Shown: positions 39,326 to 52,471, numbered from the whole stretch's first letter. The stretch is 63,239 bases of DNA, filler included, from Octopus bimaculoides (GCF_001194135.2; 10 parts of 9 records of this genome joined end to end with filler, not necessarily neighbours in it), one strand, 5' to 3'. The notes: generated by a model from the letters alone, not told the origin. Made by a program: numbers and translations.

Positions 39326-39380
<55 letters not shown>

Positions 39381-39462
39381 TAGATATGTACATATGTATT
39401 CATATATACATATATATACTGGAGTACTTTTTTTGTTGATTCTACCTCTATTGGATCTGTAA

Positions 39463-39506
<44 letters not shown>

Positions 39507-39550
39507 NNNNNNNNNNNNNNNNNNNNNNNNNNNNNNNNNNNNNNNNNNNN

Positions 39551-39562
39551 TTAATTAATTAA
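39551..39562. other. Artificial scaffold linker
   Basis: 44N-TTAATTAATTAA-44N. Confidence 0.95.
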
Positions 39563-39606
39563 NNNNNNNNNNNNNNNNNNNNNNNNNNNNNNNNNNNNNN
39601 NNNNNN

Positions 39607-39650
<44 letters not shown>

Positions 39651-39795
39651 TGTTTTACCCCCGACCATCGCTTGACAACCGATGTTGGTGTGTTTACGTC
39701 CCCGTAACTTAGCAGTTCGGCAAAATAGACCGATATAAGTACAAGGCTTGCAAATAACAAGTCCTGGGGTCGAATTGCTCGACTGGATCTAAAGC
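39607..39795 (+). mobile_element. SINE family B, 3' half
   Basis: ccatcgcttgacaaccgatgttggtgtgtttacgtccccgtaacttagc. Confidence 0.85.
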
Positions 39796-39829
39796 AGATA
39801 CACACGCACAAATATCTACATACATGCTA

Positions 39830-40280
39830 TCAACTATAGTCACCACGTAGTGTACAATTAACGGCGGCATTCGAAGCAATCCACTGAAGTTACACAACGA
39901 AGAAAGTTGAAAAAGCTAAGACTCTGCTCCCCAGAACGAAGGCAAGAAAGATATACAGTGATACACATCTGAGAAATTCAGGAACTACTTGTACTAAACT
40001 TTGGCATAGAGAGTTACACAAACAGCAGAACTGGTTGCCACTGTATATTGCCAAGCATGCCTACATTGATATCAGGATACAACACCCGATATTGCAAAAG
40101 CTTGTATTTCAAGGCCCACATCTCTTTAATATCCTCCCCAAAAGCTTGAGAGACCTACATGGGGTGGATGTAAGTGTCTTCAAAACAAAACTGGATCTTC
40201 TTCTGTTAAGAGTTCTTGATGAATATACCTCGCTACAAGAAACTCAGATGATGTGAGCAATATCTCACCGAATGTCAGAG
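39830..40280 (+). mobile_element. CR1-like LINE 3' coding remnant
   Basis: LKKLRLCSPERRQERY...GPHLFNILPKSLRDL...FKTKLDLLL, typical of CR1/L2 ORF2 ends. Confidence 0.75.
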
Positions 40281-41670
40281 CAGTTACTGTCTTTCTTCAC
40301 CAGCTGCCACATTTCAGTAGAGGTTTCATGTAGTGAAAGTATAACAAAGCTAACAGCGGTGCTTCAGCATGGCCACAGCTCTCGAACTGAAGCTAGTAAA
40401 GGAAAACAAGAAGAATAAAAGAATATATATATCAATATGTGCATTAATATATATANNNNNNNNNNNNNNNNNNNNNNNNNNNNNNNNNNNNNNNNNNNNN
40501 NNNNNNNNNNNNNNNNNNNNNNNNNNNNNNNNNNNNNNNNNNNNNNNNNNNNNNNNNNNNNNNNNNNNNNNNNNNNNNNNNNNNNNNNNNNNNNNNNNNN
40601 NNNNNNNNNNNNNNNNNNNNNNNNNNNNNNNNNNNNNNNNNNNNNNNNNNNNNNNNNNNNNNNNNNNNNNNNNNNNNNNNNNNNNNNNNNNNNNNNNNNN
40701 NNNNNNNNNNNNNNNNNNNNNNNNNNNNNNNNNNNNNNNNNNNNNNNNNNNNNNNNNNNNNNNNNNNNNNNNNNNNNNNNNNNNNNNNNNNNNNNNNNNN
40801 NNNNNNNNNNNNNNNNNNNNNNNNNNNNNNNNNNNNNNNNNNNNNNNNNNNNNNNNNNNNNNNNNNNNNNNNNNNNNNNACACACACACAAACTCATGCA
40901 TACAAACAAATATTTTTTGCTCTCTTAACCTCTCCTCCTTAATTACATTCACATATTATTTTCATATGTAAATATATACTCACACGTACATAAGTATATA
41001 TCTACATGTCTCTATAAATAACGTGTATATATACACTCGCATACTTTTTATACATACCCACACATATGCACGCAAGTACATACATATATGCATACATATA
41101 TACATACATACATGCATACATACATACATACATACATACATACATACACACGTACGTAAATGCATATATGCAAACAAACATACATAAACATATGCACACA
41201 TCCATGTACATGTTTGTACGTGTGTGTGGGTATATATGCGTGGGTATATATGCATGAGTGTATATTTATGTGATTTTATCTGTGTCTGTATTTGTGTTAC
41301 CTTTTGTTTACGAAAAACAAAACAATACAAATAAACAATTATAAAAAGAACAAGATAACAAAATGCATAACATTAAATAATATATTTGGAAAACTATAAA
41401 ACGATTCTCGCTTGAAGGCGTCTTACCAACTTTCTCTCTTTCTCACTCACTCTTTCTATCTGTCTCTGACTTCGAGCGCCCTCTCTCTCCCTCTGTCGGT
41501 CTGTCTGTCTCCAATACCGCCTCTCATTAAACATCGCTCCTACTTTCCCTGTTCCTTATACTCGCTCTTCTGCTCCTCCTCCTCCTACATCTCTTTCCGT
41601 GCTGCACCCACAAACCAGACTTTTTAGTGTCGTCATCGCTTTGTTGTCTCCTCCTTCCATAACACTACGA

Positions 41671-41736
<66 letters not shown>

Positions 41737-41972
41737 ATTCCTCTATCGACCCTCCTTCGTCTTCCTCCTCTTTCGCTGCTCTCATGCAAGTAATCAACAA
41801 CCGCTGACACTACCACCACAACTACTATCAGCTCTAACACTACTACCACCATCACTAACACTGCCAGCATCAGCAGCATCAGCTTCAACAGCGGCAATAC
41901 CACCAGCATCACCACCAGCATCACCACCAATGTGGTGATGGTTGTGATCTGTCTCTATGTGTCTCTGAATTC

Positions 41973-43286
41973 TAGGATGGACTGAAAAGTTCATATGCTG
42001 GCTATGGAGTATTGTTAGAGCTGTGAAATCTTGCATGTATTAATTTCAGCACTTTTTTTTTATTAATGACTGCATTATTTATTTCCAGGTAAACTGACAT
42101 CTGGCTCTTCAAAGAAGACTTCAAAAATAACTACTACCGAATTCTCTTGCAACTTGACAAAATTTGGTATTGTGGTGTTATCAAGTTGTTGTTGTTGGCA
42201 CTCCGTCGCTTATGACGTCGAGGGTTCCAGTCGATCCGATCAACGGAACAGCCTGCTCGTGAAATTAACGTGCAAGTGGCTGAGCACTCCACAGACACGT
42301 GTACCCTTAACGTAGTTCTCGGGGATATTTAGCGTGACACAGTGTGACAAGGCTGGCCCTTTGAAATACAGGTACAACAGAAACAGGAAGAAAGAGTGAG
42401 AGAAAGTTGTGGTGAAAGAGTACAGCAGGGTTCGCCACCATCCCCTGCCGGAGCCTCGTGGAACTTTAGGTGTTTTCGCTCAATAAACACTCACAACGCC
42501 CGGTCTGAGAACCGAAACCGCGATCCTATGACCGCGAGTCCGCTGTCCTAACCACTGGGCCATTGCACCTCCACGGTGTTATCAAGTACCCGCAGGAAAA
42601 AAAAAAACATTCAGTCTTTTCTCCAAGGACATTCATGCTAACATGGTTGCCACATTAGTTGATGACACTCCACAGTGCAAAAGTTGGCAGCTGAATTTTG
42701 CGAGTAAGAGGAGAGCCTTGAAGATGACTCAAAATCTGGGCGTTCTGTAACTGCCACTACCGAGAAAAACATTGATCGTGGTCATCACATGGTGATAGAT
42801 AACAAGCAATTTACAATAAATGAAATTGCCGATGCAATTAGAATATCCCGTGAAAGAGTTGAGAATATTCTGCACATGAACTTGGCATGACGAAGGTTTA
42901 TTCTGGATGGGTGTCACATCTGATCAAAGGCGCACCAGGCTGATCGCATCACGGGGAAATCTGACATCGCTTGAGGCAGATCCAGCTGGTTTCCCTAAAT
43001 GTTTCTTAAACGAGGATGAGTGCTGGGTTTATCCACGATGAGTCAGAGACAAAAAGACAATTTATGCAGTGGAAACAACTCTACTCACCTGCTCCAAGGA
43101 AGGGAAAGGTTGTTTCATCTGCAGTGAAGGTGATGGCCTCAGATTTATTGGGATGCAAAGGGCATTAAGGGATAGTGTTTATTGACAATCAAAAGGGCCA
43201 CACCATCAATGGACAGTACTATGCCAACTTGCTGAGACAGTTACAAAAAGCTGTCAAGACAAAATGCTCAGGAAAACCGACGAAAG
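41973..43286 (+). mobile_element. Degraded mariner transposon, 5' two-thirds, interrupted by a SINE
   Basis: After removing the SINE: DKIWYCGVIK...KDIHANMVATL; then SGRSVTATT..NI, KVMAS and GHTINGQYYANLLRQL. Confidence 0.85.
42187..42574 (-). mobile_element. SINE family C, full length, with 13-bp TSD
   Basis: tRNA-like head (ggtgcaatggcccagtggttagg...ggtttcgg) and (AAC)n tail. TSD GGTGTTATCAAGT at 42174-42186 and 42575-42587. Confidence 0.93.
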
Positions 43287-43920
43287 ATCTTGGTGTTGTA
43301 CGCAGGGTGATTGGTGTCTTTCTGAACCGCGCCCCACACATAGTAATCCGGGGGGATTACAATTGGGGGAATTAAGAAGTCAGAAATTGGCGCTGGTGAA
43401 ATCATAGAAATTCTCCGACATGCACTTCTGACTCTTTCTGGCGGAATCCTGTGCCGAATCCTGCTGCCACACATATAACCTTCTAGCAGCAACCTGGAGA
43501 TTGACTACAGTCTCCGGTAGCTTTATATTGTCGTCTGAGTTGAGTCTGAGGCTCTGTTCAAAGATGTGAGAGGGCATGACGTCACTCTCACTGGAGATAC
43601 ATCCAAAGACAATCACAGTCGTGCTGGTCACGGTTTCGTAGTCTCCGTTGCAGCTTTCCATGTCACGTCTTATAGCCTTTATAATGTTCACAGAACATTG
43701 AACAGCAGTCATAATGTCGGTAGTTTGATACCTGGCGCAAATCGTCAATACACAGGTAACTCTTTTCCAATATTCAGATGACTTCCGGTCCTCTACGTCA
43801 GTTAATTTCTTTCTCAACAACGACTTTAATTTTTGTGCTCTCCAACGCTGTTGACTGCTCATCAATATATGAAGCCGTTTGTGAAAAAAAGTTCACAAAA
43901 ATATCGTCTAATATTTCCGT
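43287..43920 (-). mobile_element. Internally deleted Tc1/mariner-superfamily element, DD37D/maT-like
   Basis: N-terminal segment joined to VIVFGCISSESDVMPSHIF...YVWQQDSA...*PPNSPDCNPPDYYVWGAV. Confidence 0.75.
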
Positions 43921-44998
43921 GTGTGTGTGTACGCTAATAAATATATGCATCTTCATACATAATTATATATATATAAATATATATATANNNNNNNNNNNNN
44001 NNNNNNNNNNNNNNNNNNNNNNNNNNNNNNNNNNNNNNNNNNNNNNNNNNNNNNNNNNNNNNNNNNNNNNNNNNNNNNNNNNNNNNNNNNNNNNNNNNNN
44101 NNNNNNNNNNNNNNNNNNNNNNNNNNNNNNNNNNNNNNNNNNNNNNNNNNNNNNNNNNNNNNNNNNNNNNNNNNNNNNNNNNNNNNNNNNNNNNNNNNNN
44201 NNNNNNNNNNNNNNNNNNNNNNNNNNNNNNNNNNNNNNNNNNNNNNNNNNNNNNNNNNNNNNNNNNNNNNNNNNNNNNNNNNNNNNNNNNNNNNNNNNNN
44301 NNNNNNNNNNNNNNNNNNNNNNNNNNNNNNNNNNNNNNNNNNNNNNNNNNNNNNNNNNNNNNNNNNNNNNNNNNNNNNNNNNNNNNNNNNNNNNNNNNNN
44401 NNNNNNNNNNNNNNNNNNNNNNNNNNNNNNNNNNNNNNNNNNNNNNNNNNNNNNNNNNNNNNNNNNNNNNNNNNNNNNNNNNNNNNNNNNNNNNNNNNNN
44501 NNNNNNNNNNNNNNNNNNNNNNNNNNNNNNNNNNNNNNNNNNNNNNNNNNNNNNNNNNNNNNNNNNNNNNNNNNNNNNNNNNNNNNNNNNNNNNNNNNNN
44601 NNNNNNNNNNNNNNNNNNNNNNNNNNNNNNNNNNNNNNNNNNNNNNNNNNNNNNNNNNNNNNNNNNNNNNNNNNNNNNNNNNNNNNNNNNNNNNNNNNNN
44701 NNNNNNNNNNNNNNNNNNNNNNNNNNNNNNNNNNNNNNNNNNNNNNNNNNNNNNNNNNNNNNNNNNNNNNNNNNNNNNNNNNNNNNNNNNNNNNNNNNNN
44801 NNNNNNNNNNNNNNNNNNNNNNNNNNNNNNNNNNNNNNNNNNNNNNNNNNNNNNNNNNNNNNNNNNNNNNNNNNNNNNNNNNNNNNNNNNNNNNNNNNNN
44901 NNNNNNNNNNNNNNNNNNNNNNNNNNNNNNNNNNNNNNNNNNNNNNNNNNNNNNNCAGTTGGTTCCACCTCACATATTTAATTCTTTCCCCACCTCCT

Positions 44999-45058
<60 letters not shown>

Positions 45059-45598
45059 TCCTTCCTTCTTTCTTTCCCCCTCTCCCTCTCCCTCTCCCTC
45101 TCCCTCTCTGTCTTCTCACGCTCTCTGTTCAGTCCACATTTCTTCAGGTACTTCCACTCCAATTCTAAGCAATGTCATTCGGTGGTGATTCGACTGGAAA
45201 ATTCGAAGCGAGTTCTCATTAAAATTACATGATGCTCAACCGAGCCCTCACATTCACAAACACACACGTCTACACGCACACGCCTATGCCCATACACACA
45301 AACATATATATGTGTGTGTATGCACGATGATTGTATCTATGTGTGTGAACATCTGTTCCAAAACATTTTAGTATCTGTGAGCGTGTTACGTATGTAAATG
45401 TATAGATGTATATAAGTATCTATGTATACATCCCCGCATGAATACATACATACATACATACATACATACANNNNNNNNNNNNNNNNNNNNNNNNNNNNNN
45501 NNNNNNNNNNNNNNNNNNNNNNNNNNNNNNNNNNNNNNNNNNNNNNNNNNNNNNNNNNNNNNNNNNNNNNNNNNNNNNNNNNNNNNNNNNNNNNNNNN

Positions 45599-45642
<44 letters not shown>

Positions 45643-45973
45643 TCATACACATGCAGGCACACACACACACACCAACACACGCACATATATATTTATTCAC
45701 ATATCTACTTATCTATCAGGCTCCCCCTCTCTCTCTGTATGTATATGTATGCGTGTATATATACATAATCATATATATCTCACTACTCTATCAGACTATA
45801 TGTGCATGCGTGTGTTTGTTTATATATATATGAAAGTAACAAAAGAATGCCTAATATATTGTGTGGCGTATGATATATTCATAAGTAATCGGCTGATCCC
45901 ATGGCTGAGCGTTACTTGAAGTTTCTCGCTAATGTACCGAATACGCACGTGATAATTTAGATGTGGTCAGCTT

Positions 45974-46028
<55 letters not shown>

Positions 46029-46190
46029 GTCTGTCTGTCTGTTTGTCTGCCTGTCTGTCTGCCTGTCTGTCTGTCTACCTATTTCTTATTACTGTTTATA
46101 TATACATCCTTCAATACGCTCAAAGAGACATGCTCCACATACACATACATGTATACACATATACACTCTGATTATATACATAACATGTAT

Positions 46191-46257
<67 letters not shown>

Positions 46258-46305
46258 AACANNNNNNNNNNNNNNNNNNNNNNNNNNNNNNNNNNNNNNN
46301 NNNNN

Positions 46306-46317
46306 TTAATTAATTAA
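46306..46317. other. Artificial scaffold linker
   Basis: 44N-TTAATTAATTAA-44N. Confidence 0.95.
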
Positions 46318-46697
46318 NNNNNNNNNNNNNNNNNNNNNNNNNNNNNNNNNNNNNNNNNNNNATACATTTTCAGCAAAAATCTTCGAAATTTATTTCTTTT
46401 GTTTCTTTAAATCACACACATAATATTCCGATGTTCCTTTCTTCTAATTTTTTCTCCATTTCTTCAAACATAGATAATGTTTTATGTTTAGCTCTTTAGC
46501 ACTAACATCTTCTGTATCTTTTGGCCTTTCGAATGACATCTTGAAGGGCTAAAATATAGCCGAATGTATGAAATTAGCTTGATTGTGTCACAGATACTCT
46601 GCTGGTGATTTTCGTTTAATCATATATGGCTAGTGCTTAACAGCGCACATCCGTAAACTAATTGGCGGGAATTACTAGACTACAAAATCTCGAACTA

Positions 46698-47100
46698 CAG
46701 ATGGTCAACTTGTAACATGGAAATTATTTGGTAAAATATAATTTCTCATTTCTCCATAAGTTTACATGAATTAAGTGACTGAAGTTATTATAGTAGCTGT
46801 AGCGAAAATCATTCTCAGCTCTTGTGTACAAATATGGAAGACTAGAGTAAACGACAGCCATAATATAGCTTCGATTCGTATGATATGGGTCTCGGTAATG
46901 AAGACGTCTTAGATATAGAGCAACAACGTGCATGCAATGAGGAAGAGTGCCAGGAGAGATCAAATGAGGGTGAGGTATAAACGAAAGGATTCTAAAACAA
47001 TTAGAAATTTTGAAACCAGATGTTAATTTATGCTGATCCAAATATGGAAAGAGCAATAACAGTCAGAAGGTAAGTTGAAAATGCACTTAACTCTTCTATG
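46698..47100 (+). mobile_element. Tigger/pogo-like transposon relic
   Basis: TA|CAGATGGTC TIR-like start. GNEDVLDIEQQRACNEEE and DPNMERAITVRR resemble Tigger transposase C-termini. Confidence 0.5.
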
Positions 47101-47194
47101 TTACATATAGAAAGAGAGAGAAAGGAAATTGAAGCAAACATTTCTTTTAGAATATTTTGAAAAAATACCATTTATTTGTATAATTTTTTAAGTG

Positions 47195-47628
47195 AACGCA
47201 TGACTGTGTGGTTAAGAAGCACGTTTTGCGACCAAGTGGCTTCGGGTTCAGTCTCACTGCGTGGCAGCTAGGACAAATGACTTCTGCTATAGTACAGGCC
47301 GAGCAATTACTTGTGAGCGAATTTGGTAGAGAGAAACTGTGTGGAAGCCCAGCGTGTATGTATATATATGCTCGTGTATATGTATGTTTGTGCTTACCAT
47401 ACCCCACCACCACCAACACCACCATCAATACCACCACCGACACCACCACATCAGCTTGGCTACTGGTGTTGATTTATTTACATTACCTCAACCTAGCGGT
47501 TCAGCAAAAGAGACCCAATACAATAGGTAACAATAAGCAGTGGTGTCGATTCGTTCGACTAAGCCCATAAAGGTAGTGCTCCAGCATGGCTACGGTCCAA
47601 TGACTCTAAGAAGCAAAAGATAAAAGAT
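47195..47628 (+). mobile_element. SINE family B, full length, degraded
   Basis: Head tgactgtgtggttaag...gggttcagtctc, CORE-like domain, 3' tail ggtagtgctccagcatggct...aaagataaaagata. Confidence 0.85.
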
Positions 47629-48311
47629 ATATATGTGCGTCAATTAACTCGTAAACTATAAAATTGCGTACACATCATCCTACAATTTTCACATTAACAG
47701 AATTTCTATTTCGAACGAACTTTCTTCTCCATTCAGATATTCTAAATACACGTGCTTAGTTGAACGAACGAAACCCCACCAAAACAGTAACTTCATTTCT
47801 ACCATTTTATATCTGAAAAAAGTATTTATTTTCTCTCCCCTTCATGCCGCTGGCTCTAAGAAGGACTGTTATTTACTCATATACTGTATAACACTTTTTT
47901 TTTTTTAACACATGAATTTTGTCATCAACATTGACACATAAAATTTTTATTACGTACTTTCTCCGAATAATTTATATCAAGCTTGCTCTTTCGTATTACC
48001 ACATACGTTGATGTTTTATATTACTTTAAGTTGTTATATAACTTTCAATAATAAATGTTCCACAACTTTGACCGTACAGGTCCTCTTTAATGTATATATA
48101 TATATATATATATATATAGATATATATTTAGATAGATACATACATACATACATACATACACTCACACACATCTATGTATAAATGTAGGTATGTATGCATG
48201 TGTGTATATATGTATGCATGTATATACACGTGTTTATATATCTATGCATATATGTATTATACAAGACTTTATTTACTACCATTTTACCCTTTACTTTCTC
48301 TTTAATATATC

Positions 48312-48356
<45 letters not shown>

Positions 48357-49123
48357 CACACACATTTATATACTCATAAATACTCACGCACTTCCTCACT
48401 CACTCTCTCTCTATCTCTCTCTCTTTCACACACACACACAGAAATGGTTGAAAATAAATCCTTCTTTACAGCATTACTTGTCTAGTTTGCACGTCTATCC
48501 GACATTATTATATTTTCTACTCCTACAAAGTCAAGCAAACCCAGATCAAAGTCTATGGTATAATAGGAATTAAATCTTTATACTTCTACACAAAATAATA
48601 ACTTCTCTCATTTATCTCAGTACTTGCTATGGACATTACTATATAACTGGATGTTAACTTTCACACTGCATGCTGTAGTACAATACATATATTCCGTGCC
48701 GTCCACGTATAATAGGGACGGTGCAAATAGTTATGTGCGAATGTGTAATTCTATGTACCTTGTCTCTTCTCCAAAATTGATATTATCTTTTACGTTAGAC
48801 CAAGAGGTAATGAAACAAGGTTGCGTATGTGCTTGTGCATGTGCATGCGTGTATGAGTGTGTGTGCGCGTGCGTGCGTGTATCATTGTCTGTGAAGGTAT
48901 ATTGAATCAGTGCAGTTCTTACTGTCTATGAAGGGATATGGAATCTGTGAAACCCTTATTTGCACTCATTCAATATCCTTTCGTTGGACGATGGATTTTG
49001 TGTATGTGGTCCGGTCTGGGCATTTATTGTTGTGTATCCGTTATACGCCATTTTTTTACGTCTTCTTACCTATTGTACATACACACAGACAAACACACAC
49101 ACACGCACAACGCTCACACACAC

Positions 49124-49159
<36 letters not shown>

Positions 49160-49203
49160 NNNNNNNNNNNNNNNNNNNNNNNNNNNNNNNNNNNNNNNNN
49201 NNN

Positions 49204-49215
49204 TTAATTAATTAA
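49204..49215. other. Artificial scaffold linker
   Basis: 44N-TTAATTAATTAA-44N. Confidence 0.95.
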
Positions 49216-49259
49216 NNNNNNNNNNNNNNNNNNNNNNNNNNNNNNNNNNNNNNNNNNNN

Positions 49260-49279
49260 TAATAATAATAATAATAATG

Positions 49280-49325
<46 letters not shown>

Positions 49326-49351
49326 TAATAATAATAGTAATAATAATAATG

Positions 49352-49424
<73 letters not shown>

Positions 49425-49426
49425 TG

Positions 49427-49487
<61 letters not shown>

Positions 49488-49497
49488 TAATAATAAG
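49260..49497. repeat. (AAT)n array with GAT variants
   Basis: Direct reading; source of the poly-I/Y/L ORFs. Confidence 0.97.
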
Positions 49498-49499
49498 CT

Positions 49500-49960
49500 G
49501 ATGCATTCAAAGCGTGTATTGTTAAACTCGAAGGGACATGGATACAAATACTATGTGAGGGTGTTTAACTATCTTTTTATATGCCCGACCTCATGTACGC
49601 GGCTGCTGATAAACAGTTAGAAACACTGCTACAGACAGTACATGAATTCATACTACTGGAATTAGCATGAGGCTCGGATTTAAAAACGTGCCGAAGCAAT
49701 TTCAGCAGAGGGAAATGGATTAAAAACACTGATATCATGATAGTTAAAGAAACAAACAGAAAGATTGAGATTAATGGCAGTTATGCAAAAACTTAGGTAT
49801 CAATGAATGCAACATATGTTGTACGTACGAAAAGATGAAAGTCAGGGTTTAATGCAAAAATTAAGTTAATAATCTGAACTTGTCTGGGTCAAATCAAACA
49901 GCGGAGCAATGGACTTGGATCATAACTAAATCGATTGTATCCTACGACAGTGAGAAGAGC
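49500..49960 (+). mobile_element. Degraded RLE LINE RT fragment
   Basis: NYLFYMPDL..YAAADKQLETLLQTVHEF resembles the HLLFMDDLKLYAxxxxQLxxLxxTV motif. Confidence 0.6.
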
Positions 49961-50917
49961 TGTTCGAAAAGTAAAAAAAAAGCTTCTAAAAGCCCAGTCA
50001 TTTTGTTATCTCAATATTTATTTTTTTATACTCTTATTTACAGCGTTTTTGTGTGGGAGACACATCATTATTTTATCCTCGTGTTTCCGAAACCGAAAAT
50101 ATACCTACTAAAGGAAAAATTGTACATTAATGAAAATGTAATATTTATTCTCTTACACAAGCAATCTGACAGTTTAGAGTAGTTCTAAGAGTAACTCTCA
50201 GTTTCCATTTACAAATTAAATAGAAAAAGATCTGAGTGACTTGGTTTTATTAGTAATCAATTACAAATCAAACATCATAACAACATTGGAAAACTATATC
50301 GTTTATTTATTCATCTCTTCCAAAAGGTATGTCCTGTTAACTAAACATCTTTTTAATGAACATCATTATTTCAGTTCTAGCTTTCAGTATGATACGTATA
50401 GAAAAACTTAGGCATTTCATGATACTTCATACAGCATTGTGAAAATAATCGGGTTGTGTCTACATAAACAGTTATCACTCAATTATCAATTATTAATAAG
50501 AAATACTTTGACTTCATCTCCATATATTTACAAGCTATCGATCCTAGTTAAAAGTTGTGTATCATAGACACTCAGCTCTAGGTCAAAACATGTGTAGTGT
50601 TCCATTCTCGAAAACTTATAAAACAATTCATCAGCAAAATATATGATCAATTGTCTATTACTCCATGCCGATTTCAAATAGCGCAAATTTACTGGAGATG
50701 TAACGATGGCCACGCCACCTAGCTATAAACAGTCACTGGGTGACGTGCAGTATCCAGGTATATACAGTAGGAGACCAGTAGAATAGACTAAGAACTCACA
50801 GCTTTCAGTGCTAAACACAGGACACAAATGCTCCGAAGAATTCGATAATCCCTTGCTAGAAGCTGGATACTGAGTGTTCGATATTTGTTTGATCGGGAAA
50901 AAATGTAAGTTAAAATA

Positions 50918-51437
50918 CGAGGGGGCAATATTATTTTATTCACATAGTTTCACGTGTTTAAACTTTTATCGCCTTCATAATATTCTCCATTTGAAGCAAT
51001 GCATCAGTCCAGGCGCGTTTTCCACCATCCGAAGTAGTGCTGGAACTCTTACGAAATGATGCTTTTAACGCCTCCGTCGTGTTTTCTTCACCCCTTCCAC
51101 ATTTGCAAATTCTGTAGCACCAGCTCAACTTGTTTTGCTCATGGCAGCGTCTTTATGAGCTGTTTCAAGCATGAAACACCGCCATTTTCCCCAGTAAAAA
51201 GCAAAATTTCACAGAAGCACATTGTTCCTTCGTTTCAGCCATCGCAAACATCGAGGAACAGGAGAGAAGCACTGCAAAACAAAGACGTACCACGTGACAA
51301 TACGACTTGGCAGGATGACGCCGGTCGGTAGAACAATGCTTGAGGGTCGCATCAAGTGGCTTCTAGCGGCAGGAGCCCAAATTACAAAGGGCTTGTCCTA
51401 CAGAGAACGTTTCCGGTTACTTTGGGGTATCCCCTCG
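50918..51437 (-). mobile_element. Non-autonomous mariner derivative (520 bp), TA-flanked
   Basis: TA|CGAGGGG ... CCCCTCG|TA. Relics of the transposase N-terminus (MAETKEQCASVKFCFLLGK) and C-terminus (WKTRLD*CIASNGEYYEGDK). Confidence 0.85.
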
Positions 51438-51597
51438 TACTAAAGGAATTTATATGAGTATGTTAGTCATTTAGCTTAAACTGAAATAAAATATGATTAT
51501 TGCAACAACAGCATGATCTTGGTGTAGATGTCTACGTATTGCTAGCAGAAAGACAGCCCTCCTATCTTTCAACTAGTGATATAAATGCTGTGTATAA

Positions 51598-51666
51598 GGC
51601 TACGAGCAGGGGGAACCGTTAGCAAGCCAGGCAAAATGCTTAGCGTCATTTCGTTCGTCTTTACGT
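51598..51666 (+). mobile_element. SINE family A head, truncated
   Basis: accgttagcaagccaggcaaaatgcttagcgtcatttcgttcgtctttacgt. Confidence 0.7.
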
Positions 51667-51735
51667 AGTGGTTAAGAGCGCGGGCTACTAACCCCAAGGT
51701 TCCGAGTTCGATTCACGGCAGCGACCTGATTAATA

Positions 51736-51795
<60 letters not shown>

Positions 51796-51940
51796 TAATA
51801 ATAGTAACATCGTTAGGAATGAGAACCCAGGTTCGAAATTTCCCCAAGACACCTGACGAAGGCTGGAGGGTATATCAGCCGAAACGTTGTGTTAACAACA
51901 AACAAGATGAGGATAAATATCCGTCAAATGTAAATAATGT
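51667..51940 (+). mobile_element. tRNA-headed SINE-like element with (AAT)n spacer and Penelope-like hammerhead-bearing tail
   Basis: D-loop agtggttaagagc, anticodon-like loop ctactaa and T-loop gagttcgattc, then (AAT)n, then a tail homologous to 60700-60845 (minus). Confidence 0.75.
51848..51893 (+). ncRNA. Minimal type I hammerhead ribozyme motif
   Basis: Stem I gacac/gtgtt, core CUGACGA plus an extra A, stem II ggctg/cagcc, GAAA, palindromic loopless helix III (ACGU), predicted GUU cleavage triplet. Confidence 0.7.
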
Positions 51941-51984
51941 NNNNNNNNNNNNNNNNNNNNNNNNNNNNNNNNNNNNNNNNNNNN

Positions 51985-51996
51985 TTAATTAATTAA
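51985..51996. other. Artificial scaffold linker
   Basis: 44N-TTAATTAATTAA-44N. Confidence 0.95.
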
Positions 51997-52435
51997 NNNN
52001 NNNNNNNNNNNNNNNNNNNNNNNNNNNNNNNNNNNNNNNNTACACATGTGTACATATACATACATATTTATATATACATGTGTGTGGGCATTTGAAGTTG
52101 TATATGATACTATCTACATGGCTTGACATCGCGGGATAGTTTAAAATCTGTGTCACTGTGATAGAAGATGCTTCGTGCATTTCCAATATTCTGTGAAAAC
52201 ATATCTGACGAAGCGGAGATATTACTTTGCTTGGAAATAGGCATGGTTTGGCGACTGGATGGGCATCCGGCTGTACAAAATCTGTCTCAGTGTGACTCAT
52301 ACAAGTTTAGAAATCTAGACTTTGAAACGATGACTATGTAACTAGGAACACATAAATAAAACGTGCATACATATACACACATAAATAACATATACACACA
52401 CATACATAAATACATACATACATATACGTACATAC

Positions 52436-52471
<36 letters not shown>

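Noticed and set aside
51667-51725. tRNA gene
   Set aside because: The 5' acceptor strand is missing, the stems are imperfect and it runs into (AAT)n; it is a SINE head. The same applies to the family A, B and C heads
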